Assembly: GCA_030065015.1 (NCBI GenBank)
Contig: JASJDU010000020.1
Location: forward strand, 1,978-65,977
Length of the DNA stretch: 64,000 bases
Source of the DNA: Candidatus Caenarcanales bacterium
GTDB taxonomy: Bacteria > Cyanobacteriota > Vampirovibrionia > Caenarcaniphilales > Caenarcanaceae
Direction of reading: 5' to 3'
Below the pieces are notes generated by a model, which was not told the origin of the DNA, ran no database searches, and saw only the letters and a list, made by a program, of their open reading frames with translations. Positions 9,749 to 18,693 of this stretch are shown piece by piece. Both the position numbers and the translations under genes were made by a program. Within the stretch, counting starts at the first letter, position 1, and each line of letters starts with the position of its first letter.

Positions 9749-9910
9749 TGAACACCTCTCTAAAAATTTATTTTGAAAATTAAAATAATGACTCTATTAC
9801 AGAAAATTCCCTACTCAAAGACATTTACCAATAAAGCTTTCCCTAGGAGAATGAATGTAAAGGGGTTACCATAAACATTTGTACTATCAAAAGGAAATCA
9901 TTCAGAACAA

Positions 9911-10402
9911 ATGTCATACAAATCGACCATTGAGCTTTTCAAAGAGGATATGAAGTTTTCAGCAGGACACTTTACGGTTTTTTCTGCAAGTGAGCGTGAA
10001 AGGTTACATGGACATAACTTCAAAGTACAAACAAACTTAACTTTTGAAGTTCCAGAAGACGGTTTACCTGGTGATTACAATATCTTTAAAAATAAAATCC
10101 GGCAATTGTGTAAAAATCTGGATGAATATTTTTTGTTACCAGAAAAATCCCCTCATCTTCGGTTTCAAGAGATTAATGAAAAACAAATTAAAGTACATCA
10201 TTCAAATGATGAATTAGTTTTTTATAAAAAAGACATAAAATTACTACCCATATCCAATACGACGGTTGAAGAGTTATCCTTTTATCTCACTTCAGAGATA
10301 ATTGCTGATAAACAACTTTTGAACGAATATAAGATTTCATTCATTGAAGTTAAAGTTTCATCTGGAGATGGACAGTTTGGTTGTTATAAGTGGGAAATAT
10401 AA
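9911..10402 (+). CDS. 6-pyruvoyl-tetrahydropterin synthase (QueD/PTPS) family protein lacking the usual catalytic Cys
   Basis: It has the Zn-ligand pattern FSAGHF ... RLHGHNF, as in QueD (CGRLHGHSF), but shows ERERLHGH with no Cys. The stop overlaps the next gene's start (TAAATG). Confidence 0.65.
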   Translation: MSYKSTIELFKEDMKFSAGHFTVFSASERERLHGHNFKVQTNLTFEVPEDGLPGDYNIFKNKIRQLCKNLDEYFLLPEKSPHLRFQEINEKQIKVHHSNDELVFYKKDIKLLPISNTTVEELSFYLTSEIIADKQLLNEYKISFIEVKVSSGDGQFGCYKWEI

Positions 10403-11152
10403 ATGAAAAAAAATTTAGCTATTGTTACAGGATCTTCCAAAGGAATTGGAAAAGGAATAGTTAATGAGTTTTTAAAAGATGATTCTTGGCAAGTTCTTGG
10501 CACCTCTAGATCTGGTAATAAAGAGTTAAAGAACAACCCAAATTTCACAGAAATAATCTGCGATCTACTTCAACCAAAATCCATAGACATTATCAAGGAC
10601 CAAGTTGAAGAGATATCCGAAGAATTCGATTCGATAAGTTTCATTCACAACTTTGGAATGACTGCTTACTATAACGTTCTGGATACACCTGAAGAAGAAT
10701 GGGAAAAAATTTTCAAGGCTAATTCAACTATTCCTTTTCAATTTACAAAATACTTAAGTCCTTTAATGAATGAGGGAAGCTCTCATATTTTCATTGGCTC
10801 AACATTGAGCACCATGGCAGTACCCAACGCCGCTGCTTATATTGCCTCCAAACATGCACTTGCGGGTTTAATGAGAGCTACAGCTGTGGATCTAGCACCC
10901 AAAGGAATAAGAGCCAATTTAGTTTGTCCAGGATTCACCGAAACTGAAATGGCAGAAAAGATTGTGCATAACAATGCACAATCATGCAATATGGATGATA
11001 GCAACTTCAAATCAATCCTAGAGAGCAAAACCCCTTTAAAGCGCTTCCTCACGATCAATGAAATAGGAAAGCTAGTGGTATTTCTTGCAAATAACCCAAC
11101 CATTAACGGAGAAATTATTCATATTAATGGTGGATTCGGATTATTAAATTGA
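10403..11152 (+). CDS. Short-chain dehydrogenase/reductase, possibly a sepiapterin-reductase-like partner of the PTPS
   Basis: It has the TGSSKGIGKG Rossmann motif and a YIASK (YxxxK) catalytic motif, and is translationally adjacent to the PTPS gene. Confidence 0.75.
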   Translation: MKKNLAIVTGSSKGIGKGIVNEFLKDDSWQVLGTSRSGNKELKNNPNFTEIICDLLQPKSIDIIKDQVEEISEEFDSISFIHNFGMTAYYNVLDTPEEEWEKIFKANSTIPFQFTKYLSPLMNEGSSHIFIGSTLSTMAVPNAAAYIASKHALAGLMRATAVDLAPKGIRANLVCPGFTETEMAEKIVHNNAQSCNMDDSNFKSILESKTPLKRFLTINEIGKLVVFLANNPTINGEIIHINGGFGLLN

Positions 11153-11515
11153 GTTACAAACCTCATGAATCATTTCTATAACTAAATTGCTTAATTCTTC
11201 TGAAGATAAGCTTTCAAAATGCTTCCATAATAAATTAACGTATTCTTCCTGGGCTTTCAACTCTGGATATGCTCTAAATAACAGTTCAGGAGTGGCATAT
11301 GATCTATAACTATTAATAGCTCTTATTAAGTCTAAGGATTGGCTGAGTTCAGTTACGGTTTTTTCAGGAAGACCGGCATTTTGTATCCCTTGTTCACAAG
11401 AACCCAAAAAACGAAACCACAGTTCACTGTTATAGTCAATTACTTTATTTAAATCATCGAACTGATGCTCTCTCATTAAATTCACCTTGAAACTACAATA
11501 TTTATTTGATTTCAA
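11144..11515 (-). CDS. Hypothetical small protein
   Basis: ORF of 123 aa, convergent with the SDR gene. Confidence 0.35.
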   Translation of the reverse strand: MKSNKYCSFKVNLMREHQFDDLNKVIDYNSELWFRFLGSCEQGIQNAGLPEKTVTELSQSLDLIRAINSYRSYATPELLFRAYPELKAQEEYVNLLWKHFESLSSEELSNLVIEMIHEVCNSI

Positions 11516-11758
11516 GGTAATGCGCGAAATTTAAAATTTGATTTAGAAGTTAACCAGGTAGAGACTTCAAAGTATCCAAAATCGTTGATTTGCAGTTAAT
11601 TGACCACTTTGTATGCCTATAATAGAGTGATGTTATCCCTAAAAAAGTAGTTACTTACTTGTCGTGTTTGGCTATAGTTTGAGAATAGAACTTCCATAAA
11701 CTATGAGTAAGGTTTCAATGTTGTTGCTAGACTTTATTTAGCCAATAAGGTTTCAAAG

Positions 11759-12778
11759 ATGAACGTTAATAATCTCATAAAAAAAGAAGGAAAAGCCAAA
11801 GTTGTTGAAATTGACGAAACAAGAGGCTTTTGCAAGATTGAATTTAAGGATTCTTTAACAGCATTCAACGGCCAAGAATTTCAAGAGCTTGAAGGCAAAG
11901 GCTCAATAAACGCAACTATTTCGTCTCTACTTTTTGATTTTCTAAACAAGCAAAAAATTAAAACTCACTTTATAAAGCAATTATCAACTAGCTGTGTTGA
12001 AGTGGAACCACTCAAAATGATTCCTCTCGAAGTAATTGTAAGAAACTATGCAGCAGGGAGCTTCTCAAAGAGACTTTCAATCAAAGAAGGTAATCCTCTC
12101 AAAAGCTCATTAGTGCAATTTCATTTAAAAGACGACTCACTCAACGATCCACTGTTAACAGAAAATGAAATTTACGAACTGGGTGTTGTATCCCAAAGCT
12201 CACTTAAAAAAATTAAGAATAATGCTTTGCTCATTAATTGGCTTTTAAAGGGACTTTTTGAGCAAGCTGATATTTGTTTAGCCGATATAAAACTAGAATT
12301 TGGTTTCAATAAAAGCAATGAGATTATACTCGCGGATGAGCTCAGCCCTGACAATATGAGATTATGGGATGAATTTGTAGAAGGCCAAGAAATAAAGAAA
12401 CTAGACAAAGATCGTTTTAGAGAGGGACTTGGCTCAGTCTATGAAAGTTATAAAAAAGTATTAGAAAAACTCACAGAATCATTAGCGAACCCCTTTCAAA
12501 CAGAAAAAACACCAGTAAAAGTTAATTTATATATAACCCCACAAGAAGGTTTATTGGATCCAACGGGAAGGACTTTAACTTCAGCCACGAATCAACTTGG
12601 ATTCAGTGAAGTAAATGCTGTATCTGCGGGTAAAGTTTTAAGCTTAGAACTAAATGATTTGAGAGTAAATTTAGTTGAAGATTTATGCGAGCGAATCTTA
12701 GTAAGCCCTGCTTCAGAAAGCTATGAATATGAACTAATTCAACAAGAACAAATTGAGAAAATACAAAATAAAACATAA
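11759..12778 (+). CDS. purC: SAICAR synthetase fused to a C-terminal PurS-like domain
   Basis: The N-terminal 240 aa are PurC-like. The C-terminal ~85 aa (VKVNLYITPQEGLLDPTGRT...GFSEVNAVSAGKVLSLEL...ESYEYEL) match the PurS fold motifs. Confidence 0.8.
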   Translation: MNVNNLIKKEGKAKVVEIDETRGFCKIEFKDSLTAFNGQEFQELEGKGSINATISSLLFDFLNKQKIKTHFIKQLSTSCVEVEPLKMIPLEVIVRNYAAGSFSKRLSIKEGNPLKSSLVQFHLKDDSLNDPLLTENEIYELGVVSQSSLKKIKNNALLINWLLKGLFEQADICLADIKLEFGFNKSNEIILADELSPDNMRLWDEFVEGQEIKKLDKDRFREGLGSVYESYKKVLEKLTESLANPFQTEKTPVKVNLYITPQEGLLDPTGRTLTSATNQLGFSEVNAVSAGKVLSLELNDLRVNLVEDLCERILVSPASESYEYELIQQEQIEKIQNKT

Positions 12779-12811
12779 ATTAGGAAGCATTTAAAAGGTT
12801 ATCGATATTTA

Positions 12812-13672
12812 ATGAACTTTCTTTCCAAAGGTGTTGTTTCAGGTATTGCTGCGGCTTTGAGCTTTAGCTTAATGATTTTATTCGTTAAGCTTGCCAAAGG
12901 AATTCCGGCACAAGAAACAATCTTTTTTCGGAGCATATTTACTTTAATTGCCTCGGTAATAGTCTTAAAACAACAAGGTTTAAGTATTTGGGGACAAAAA
13001 GAAAATAAAATATTTTTACTTGGGCGAGGATTGGCTGGATATGTAGCTTTATCCGCATATTTTTTTAGTGTAAGAGAGTTACCGATAGCGGTAGCATCTT
13101 TAGTTCAATATATGTCTCCAGTATTTTCTGCAATTTTTGCATTTTTATTTTTAAGAGAAGATTCCTCTTTCAGACAATGGTTATGTCTTTTAGTTGGTTT
13201 TATTGGCATTGGTTTTATTTCAGGAGTAATTCCCAATGGGAATCTCAATACGTCTACCAATGGTGTCTATTGGATTTCCTGTCTATTTAGCGCTATTTTG
13301 AGTGGAGTGGCTTATGTTTTTGTGCGTAAACTAACAACTTTAAAAGAAAGCCCCGAAGTAATTATCTTTTATTTTCCCCTCGTCTCAATACCTTTTTCGT
13401 TAGTTTCAACAATCAATAACTGGGTTTTACCTTCTTTCAATCAATGGATTTATTTATTGGGTGTTTGTGTTTATTCTTATCTCGGCCAGATATTTCTAAC
13501 TTACAGCCTCAAAATGGAGAGAACCGCTGCCGCAACAAACACTCTTTACCTTGGTTCAGTTTTTGCAACAATCTGGGGCATTAGCTTTTTATCAGAGATC
13601 CCAAGCTGGAACTTCTATATTGGTGCACTCTTAATAATAGGTTGCCAATTACTTTTTGGACGAAAGAAGTGA
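12812..13672 (+). CDS. EamA/DMT-family transporter
   Basis: Ten predicted TM helices arranged as two EamA repeats. Confidence 0.7.
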   Translation: MNFLSKGVVSGIAAALSFSLMILFVKLAKGIPAQETIFFRSIFTLIASVIVLKQQGLSIWGQKENKIFLLGRGLAGYVALSAYFFSVRELPIAVASLVQYMSPVFSAIFAFLFLREDSSFRQWLCLLVGFIGIGFISGVIPNGNLNTSTNGVYWISCLFSAILSGVAYVFVRKLTTLKESPEVIIFYFPLVSIPFSLVSTINNWVLPSFNQWIYLLGVCVYSYLGQIFLTYSLKMERTAAATNTLYLGSVFATIWGISFLSEIPSWNFYIGALLIIGCQLLFGRKK

Positions 13673-13774
13673 GAGCCAATTTAGTCTGTCTCTGAACTTA
13701 TCATAATAGTTGGTTCCCATTATGAGTCTGAAAGCAAGCCAATTGCTTATGTTAAATTTATAAGACCTGTCGAT

Positions 13775-14020
13775 GTGAGTGATCCAACATTGGAATCAGA
13801 ATTAAAAGATTATTGGACACACATAAAAGAATTAACAACCGGTGGACAGATTGCAGATTATTCAACAAGTAAAGGTACATCACAAGGTTTCATTCAGTTG
13901 AGAACTAAAGGCAGCGGAACCTCACAAAGCACTTGCCCAATAACAGGCAAAAAGTTCAAGAGAAGAGCCTTTTATGCAACAAAATCTTTTCTAACATATG
14001 TTTGGGGGGTTATGAGCTAA
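13775..14020 (+). CDS. Small hypothetical ORF translationally coupled to dam (TAATG overlap)
   Basis: Its longest start is GTG at 13775. The TAA stop at 14018-14020 overlaps the dam ATG at 14020-14022. I recognise no domain. Confidence 0.3.
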   Translation: MSDPTLESELKDYWTHIKELTTGGQIADYSTSKGTSQGFIQLRTKGSGTSQSTCPITGKKFKRRAFYATKSFLTYVWGVMS

Positions 14021-14892
14021 TGGTATTAGACCTCAAAAACAGAGCTAAACCAATAATTAAATGGGCTGGAGGAAAGTCAGGATTATTAGCTCAATTCAAA
14101 GAATACTTTCCGAAAGAATGTAATAGGTATATTGAACCGTTCCTTGGTGGTGGAGCTGTTTATTTGTCTTTAAAACAAGGTATACCCGCAATCGTTAACG
14201 ACTCAAATGCAGAAATCATTAATCTATACAAGGTAACAACAAATTCCCCAAATGAATTAATGGAAAATCTAGACTTCTTAGCAAACCAATATTCAGAGGA
14301 GTTTTATTACAACCTAAGAAGTCAATTGCCAAAAGATAAAGTTGAAATGGCAGCTAGAGCCATATTCCTTAATAAAACAGGATTCAATGGTTTGTATAGG
14401 CAAAACTCCAAAGGTTTTTTCAATGTTCCTTTCGGGAAACGTATTAAATGCCCAGAACTTTATGTAAAAGACAATTTGTTAAATGTTTCGAATCGTTTGA
14501 AGCAGGCAGAAATAAAAAGTCAGGATTTTGAAGAAATAATTGATGAAACTAAAGAAGGAGATCTGGTTTATTGTGATCCACCTTATGAACCATTGAGTAG
14601 AACTTCTTCATTTAACGCATATCAAGCAAATGGCTTTTCCCAAACTGAACAAATCAGGTTGAAAGAAGCTTGTGAAAGAGCAGCTAATCGAGGAGCAATA
14701 GTTCTGATTTCGAATTCTTCAGCCAAATTTATTTTGGACTTGTATAAGAACTTTGACTTGAAGACAGTCTCTGCAAAAAGGGCGATTAACAGCAAGGGAA
14801 GTAAGAGAGGCAATGTTGATGAGCTTCTTGCAATAACACTAATCAAGCCTTTGGGTAAAGACAACAAATTATTGAGTACTATGAGTGTCTAG
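14020..14892 (+). CDS. dam: Dam-family DNA N6-adenine methyltransferase (D12 class)
   Basis: The sequence IIKWAGGKSG ... VYCDPPYEPLS ... VDELLAI aligns with E. coli Dam (FLKWAGGK, VYCDPPYAPLS, VDELLAL). The true start is the ATG at 14020, not the longer ORF beginning at 13933. Confidence 0.85.
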   Translation: MVLDLKNRAKPIIKWAGGKSGLLAQFKEYFPKECNRYIEPFLGGGAVYLSLKQGIPAIVNDSNAEIINLYKVTTNSPNELMENLDFLANQYSEEFYYNLRSQLPKDKVEMAARAIFLNKTGFNGLYRQNSKGFFNVPFGKRIKCPELYVKDNLLNVSNRLKQAEIKSQDFEEIIDETKEGDLVYCDPPYEPLSRTSSFNAYQANGFSQTEQIRLKEACERAANRGAIVLISNSSAKFILDLYKNFDLKTVSAKRAINSKGSKRGNVDELLAITLIKPLGKDNKLLSTMSV

Positions 14893-15128
14893 AAAGAGTC
14901 CATCAAGAGAAGTGTGTAAAAGGAAAAAGAAATCTATCATGAATCAGTACTGATCTTTTTTAGCTTCCATTTCATCGCCTTTATGTATTTATTCAACTTT
15001 TATACCTAGTCGGTAATAACCATTCAATTAACAATCTTAAAGAAACGTGCGGATGGTTTAGCCTGGAGGACTGAAAAGGGTCTACGAGGAAGGGGAACAA
15101 GAGCTTAGAAGTATATCCACATTGAGAA

Positions 15129-16460
15129 ATGTTACTTAAAAAGGAACTATTTTCTAAATCATTTTCAGCTGTTCCTTTTGGCATCTTTAGAAATTTCATA
15201 AGAATAACTTTGCTCCTTTCTCTTTTTTTAACTAGCTTCAATGTTGAACTACAAGCAAGTACTTCTTCGTCAAACGTACTACTTCTTGGCGTTACTTTGA
15301 ACGATTTATCTTTCGAGGATGCTCAAAGATTCAGCAAACACAATGTATTAGAAAGAGCCTTTACTAGTGGAGACAATGTAAAAGATCTCGTTAAACAAAG
15401 TAGACCTATTGCCGTAATAATAAAACAACCTTCCGGTGGCATTTATGAATACTCACCAGATGGCTCATTAATTAAACAACTTTCACAAAAAAGTGAAATG
15501 AAGAAAGTGATGGAAATGCAAAGAACCAGCAATCTTCCAACGGAAATACAAAACCAAGGATTTACACATCGTGCTACTAATTTGCCAAGAAGTAATGCAC
15601 CCCCCTTTATGGGGCAACAATTTCCAAACATGCCAATGAGGTATCCAACAACTCCTCCTCCAATGAGGCCATGTACAGTCTGTAGACCAATTGGGTCTTC
15701 TCCCCTCAAAAAAATGCCAATGTTTGGACCTTATGACATAAAGCATTCATATAGAAGTGCTTCAGTACCAATAGCAATGGCTCCAATGATGATCCCAAAC
15801 AGCCAACCTTCATCAATTCAACAACCAGCTTACAATCCTCAAACACCACAAAATCGACAAGTACTGACTTCTTTCAATCAACAAAGACACTCACCATTAA
15901 ACAATCGTCCCAACTTGGTTCCACCACCTTCATTCTCAACTAGAACTATGAATGCCCCATTTCCCGGAGCCGAAATTCCGTCCAATGTATTCCCAGGTAA
16001 ATCCGAATATAGTTACCTACCAGGAGAAGGAGATAATGATCCACCACAAGGAATTGCTCAAAGTCGTCAAGTTTTAAAACAATTAGCCGGTCTTGCACAG
16101 AATAACGCCTACCCATTTTGGTTTGATAACTTCCTACAAACAGACGCTAATGCAACTCAATTCTTAGGTAATAATGTCGGGGGAGCGGCAGTAGGAACAA
16201 ATGCAGGATTCCCCACTCTCAACTTTACGGCCGACACAACTGCAAATGCAGCCGTTGTTGGAAGCCAATGGACTCAAACCGGGGTTGGAATTGGTTCTTT
16301 ATTAATTGACTCCTTCTTAGAAGGCCGTGAAATTCAAGCAAGAAGAGCGGCAAGAAGAGCAGATGCAGCTGGAAGTGCCTATTACTATTACCCTAACAAT
16401 GCAAACACCTACTATCCTTCAACACCATACCAACCGATTCCAAATCGAAATTGGTATTAA
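15129..16460 (+). CDS. Secreted low-complexity P/Q/N/Y-rich protein
   Basis: It has an N-terminal hydrophobic segment and long P/Q/N/M-rich tracts, and ends with a YYYYPNNANTYYPSTPYQP tail. Confidence 0.5.
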   Translation: MLLKKELFSKSFSAVPFGIFRNFIRITLLLSLFLTSFNVELQASTSSSNVLLLGVTLNDLSFEDAQRFSKHNVLERAFTSGDNVKDLVKQSRPIAVIIKQPSGGIYEYSPDGSLIKQLSQKSEMKKVMEMQRTSNLPTEIQNQGFTHRATNLPRSNAPPFMGQQFPNMPMRYPTTPPPMRPCTVCRPIGSSPLKKMPMFGPYDIKHSYRSASVPIAMAPMMIPNSQPSSIQQPAYNPQTPQNRQVLTSFNQQRHSPLNNRPNLVPPPSFSTRTMNAPFPGAEIPSNVFPGKSEYSYLPGEGDNDPPQGIAQSRQVLKQLAGLAQNNAYPFWFDNFLQTDANATQFLGNNVGGAAVGTNAGFPTLNFTADTTANAAVVGSQWTQTGVGIGSLLIDSFLEGREIQARRAARRADAAGSAYYYYPNNANTYYPSTPYQPIPNRNWY

Positions 16461-16475
16461 GAATTCGATTAAAAT

Positions 16476-17105
16476 CTACATTGCAGAACCATTGAGGAAT
16501 TGAATTGGACCATTGTAACGATTGGTTTTATCAACAGGATCGGGAACTGCATAAGGATCATCAAATAAATTCACTTTGCCCAAAGTAAAGAGCCAGACAG
16601 TACCTTTTCCTAAAGTAATAACATCTTTACCAGCTCCAACAAACAACTTCCCAGTTCCCATTGCCAACATATGAACCAAGCCTCGGTTCTTTAGATTCCA
16701 ATCTAAACGAGCATCAACTTCTTCAATTCTCGCTTTCATTACCTCCTGCTCAGTTCTTAACGATCTAACTTCGTTTTGAAGCATAGTCAACTCACCTCTA
16801 AAATCATTTATGAGAGAATTCATTCTTCTCAAATCATCAACTGATACCGAATTGGGGTGACTCTCCACCCATTTGACTAATTTATAGATTTCAGCGGCAG
16901 CTTCCTCTCTTGTAATGTTTTTTTTAGGTCTGAATCTACCGTCAGGATATCCAACAAGAACACCATATTTATTTGAGAGCTCCATTATAGCTTGATAAGA
17001 CCAATCATCTTGCTTCAAATCACTATAAGAAAAGGATGGAAGAACAAAGGCCAATATAAACAAACAACTAATAAAAAAAGAATCTAATCTAATGAGTGAA
17101 TTCAT
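16476..17105 (-). CDS. SLH-domain protein with a coiled-coil C-terminal region
   Basis: A signal peptide is followed by DDWSYQAIMELSNKYGVLVGYPDGRFRPKKNITREEAAAEIYKLV, which fits the S-layer-homology consensus. Confidence 0.65.
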   Translation of the reverse strand: MNSLIRLDSFFISCLFILAFVLPSFSYSDLKQDDWSYQAIMELSNKYGVLVGYPDGRFRPKKNITREEAAAEIYKLVKWVESHPNSVSVDDLRRMNSLINDFRGELTMLQNEVRSLRTEQEVMKARIEEVDARLDWNLKNRGLVHMLAMGTGKLFVGAGKDVITLGKGTVWLFTLGKVNLFDDPYAVPDPVDKTNRYNGPIQFLNGSAM

Positions 17106-17539
17106 TAATAGCTACTTTAAAAGACTTCTATATCAATGAATATTAAATCAAAAGCCTTAATTTATGTCTTCTGAAGACCAAACTTTACTCAACAGTTACG
17201 CAGGGATAATTTCACGAGTTATTCTCCAAAAGCTCTTCTCAAAAAGGCTAAAAAAGAAATTCAGCCAACCAACTTTATATTTAGACAAAAACACTGAATA
17301 TCAACGATTTCCGGATAATCCCTAATATACTTTGGGCTTATTTAAATTAACTTGAAGTCTTAACAATGGCAAAACCAAATCACTAAGCTGTGTTGGAGTT
17401 AGTTAATACTCTCTCACAATCAATATATATCCATTTTGATTTTGCTATGGTTGTAATATTTCAAGCATTACATACTTTGGATTACTCGCCTAATATAAAA
17501 AATTCAAATAAAGCTTTTCATTAATACCTTGAATCAATT

Positions 17540-18202
17540 ATGGTAACCCCGGACCTTTCCACAATACACGTCTTTGGCTTTCTCTGGGCAGGGATTTGTG
17601 GTGCTCTCATTGGCTTAGAGAGGGAAGCAAGAGATAAAGGTGCCGGTTTAAGGACACACACTCTAGTCAGTCTAGGTTCCTGCCTTTTCACAGTCATCTC
17701 AATTGAGAGTGTTTCTGGATTAAGTAACGGAGATCCAACTAGAATCGCAGCACAAATTGTCAGTGGGATAGGTTTTCTTGGTGGTGGAGCAATCATTCAA
17801 GAAAGAGATAAGGTTCATGGTTTAACTACTGCAGCAACCGTTTGGATTTCCGCTGCAATTGGTATGGCTTGCGGAATGGGACAAATTCCATCAGCCATAT
17901 TAGTAACATTAATGACGTTGATTTTCTTATTCGTCTTTAGAAGAGTCTCTAAAACACTTAGGAAACCTCGTTTAACTTGGTTGCTTACAATAAGGTTAAA
18001 TAGTGAAATATTAGATGTATTAGACCTAGAACACAAAATTGAAAATACAGTAAAAGCCCAAGGCTTCAGACTTCTTGAATTAACAGAAAAAACCGACAGA
18101 CTGGAGCTAGTTGTAAAAGGAAGAGGCAAACTGTCATCCTTAACAAAGCACATAAAAGAGACCAGTAAAGAAAATCTTGAAATTGACCTGAGAGAACTCT
18201 AG
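17540..18202 (+). CDS. mgtC: MgtC/SapB-family membrane protein
   Basis: It contains GLEREARDKGAGLRTHTLVSLGS, the MgtC-family signature region. Confidence 0.8.
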   Translation: MVTPDLSTIHVFGFLWAGICGALIGLEREARDKGAGLRTHTLVSLGSCLFTVISIESVSGLSNGDPTRIAAQIVSGIGFLGGGAIIQERDKVHGLTTAATVWISAAIGMACGMGQIPSAILVTLMTLIFLFVFRRVSKTLRKPRLTWLLTIRLNSEILDVLDLEHKIENTVKAQGFRLLELTEKTDRLELVVKGRGKLSSLTKHIKETSKENLEIDLREL

Positions 18203-18219
18203 TTCTCATCCAATGAAGT

Positions 18220-18504
18220 TTACTCCTCTGGAGCACAGGGTGGAATTTCAGCTTCATCTCGATGGAACTCAACCTGGCTACTATCCTTAATTAACCTTGA
18301 ATCATTTAACACATCAACAAAATCCATCATTTCACCAACCTCTTTCAATTTGAATTCAAGCATTGAAATTCTTTCCTCTAGAAACCTCTTATAGTGATAG
18401 AGTTCATTGAGTTGCTCGGTTATATCTCTAAATTCTTCGCTTAAACGCATAAATTTATTTCTTAAAGTTAATGGACAAAAACCTTTAAAAGCCTTACAAA
18501 ACAT
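18220..18504 (-). CDS. Hypothetical small protein
   Basis: ORF of 94 aa with coiled-coil-like character. Confidence 0.3.
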   Translation of the reverse strand: MFCKAFKGFCPLTLRNKFMRLSEEFRDITEQLNELYHYKRFLEERISMLEFKLKEVGEMMDFVDVLNDSRLIKDSSQVEFHRDEAEIPPCAPEE

Positions 18505-18693
18505 CTCTCGGCATTAATACACAATATCTTTAGATGAATATCTAGATTGAGCTGATCTTTGGTGCCTTTACTAAAAAACTAAGCAATTTACACAATATCG
18601 AGATGTAAAGCAAATAGCTAATATGCATTCAAAAGATGAGTCAAGAACTCTTTAAAAGCAAGCTTCAAGTAAATTAGCTAAAATGAATTCATT

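Noticed and set aside
11516-11758. Purine riboswitch upstream of purC
   Set aside because: There is a TATAAT-containing segment, but I could not find the conserved aptamer cores (GTTTCTACC / CCGTAA). It is probably just promoter sequence.
13933-14019. The longer dam ORF starting at 13933
   Set aside because: Alignment to E. coli Dam begins at the ATG at 14020 (IIKWAGGK follows shortly after). The extension overlaps the upstream small ORF and is probably not translated.
14993-15241. 82-aa ORF on the minus strand between dam and the secreted P/Q-rich gene
   Set aside because: It overlaps the start of 15129..16460 on the opposite strand, has no RBS or homology, and is likely spurious.
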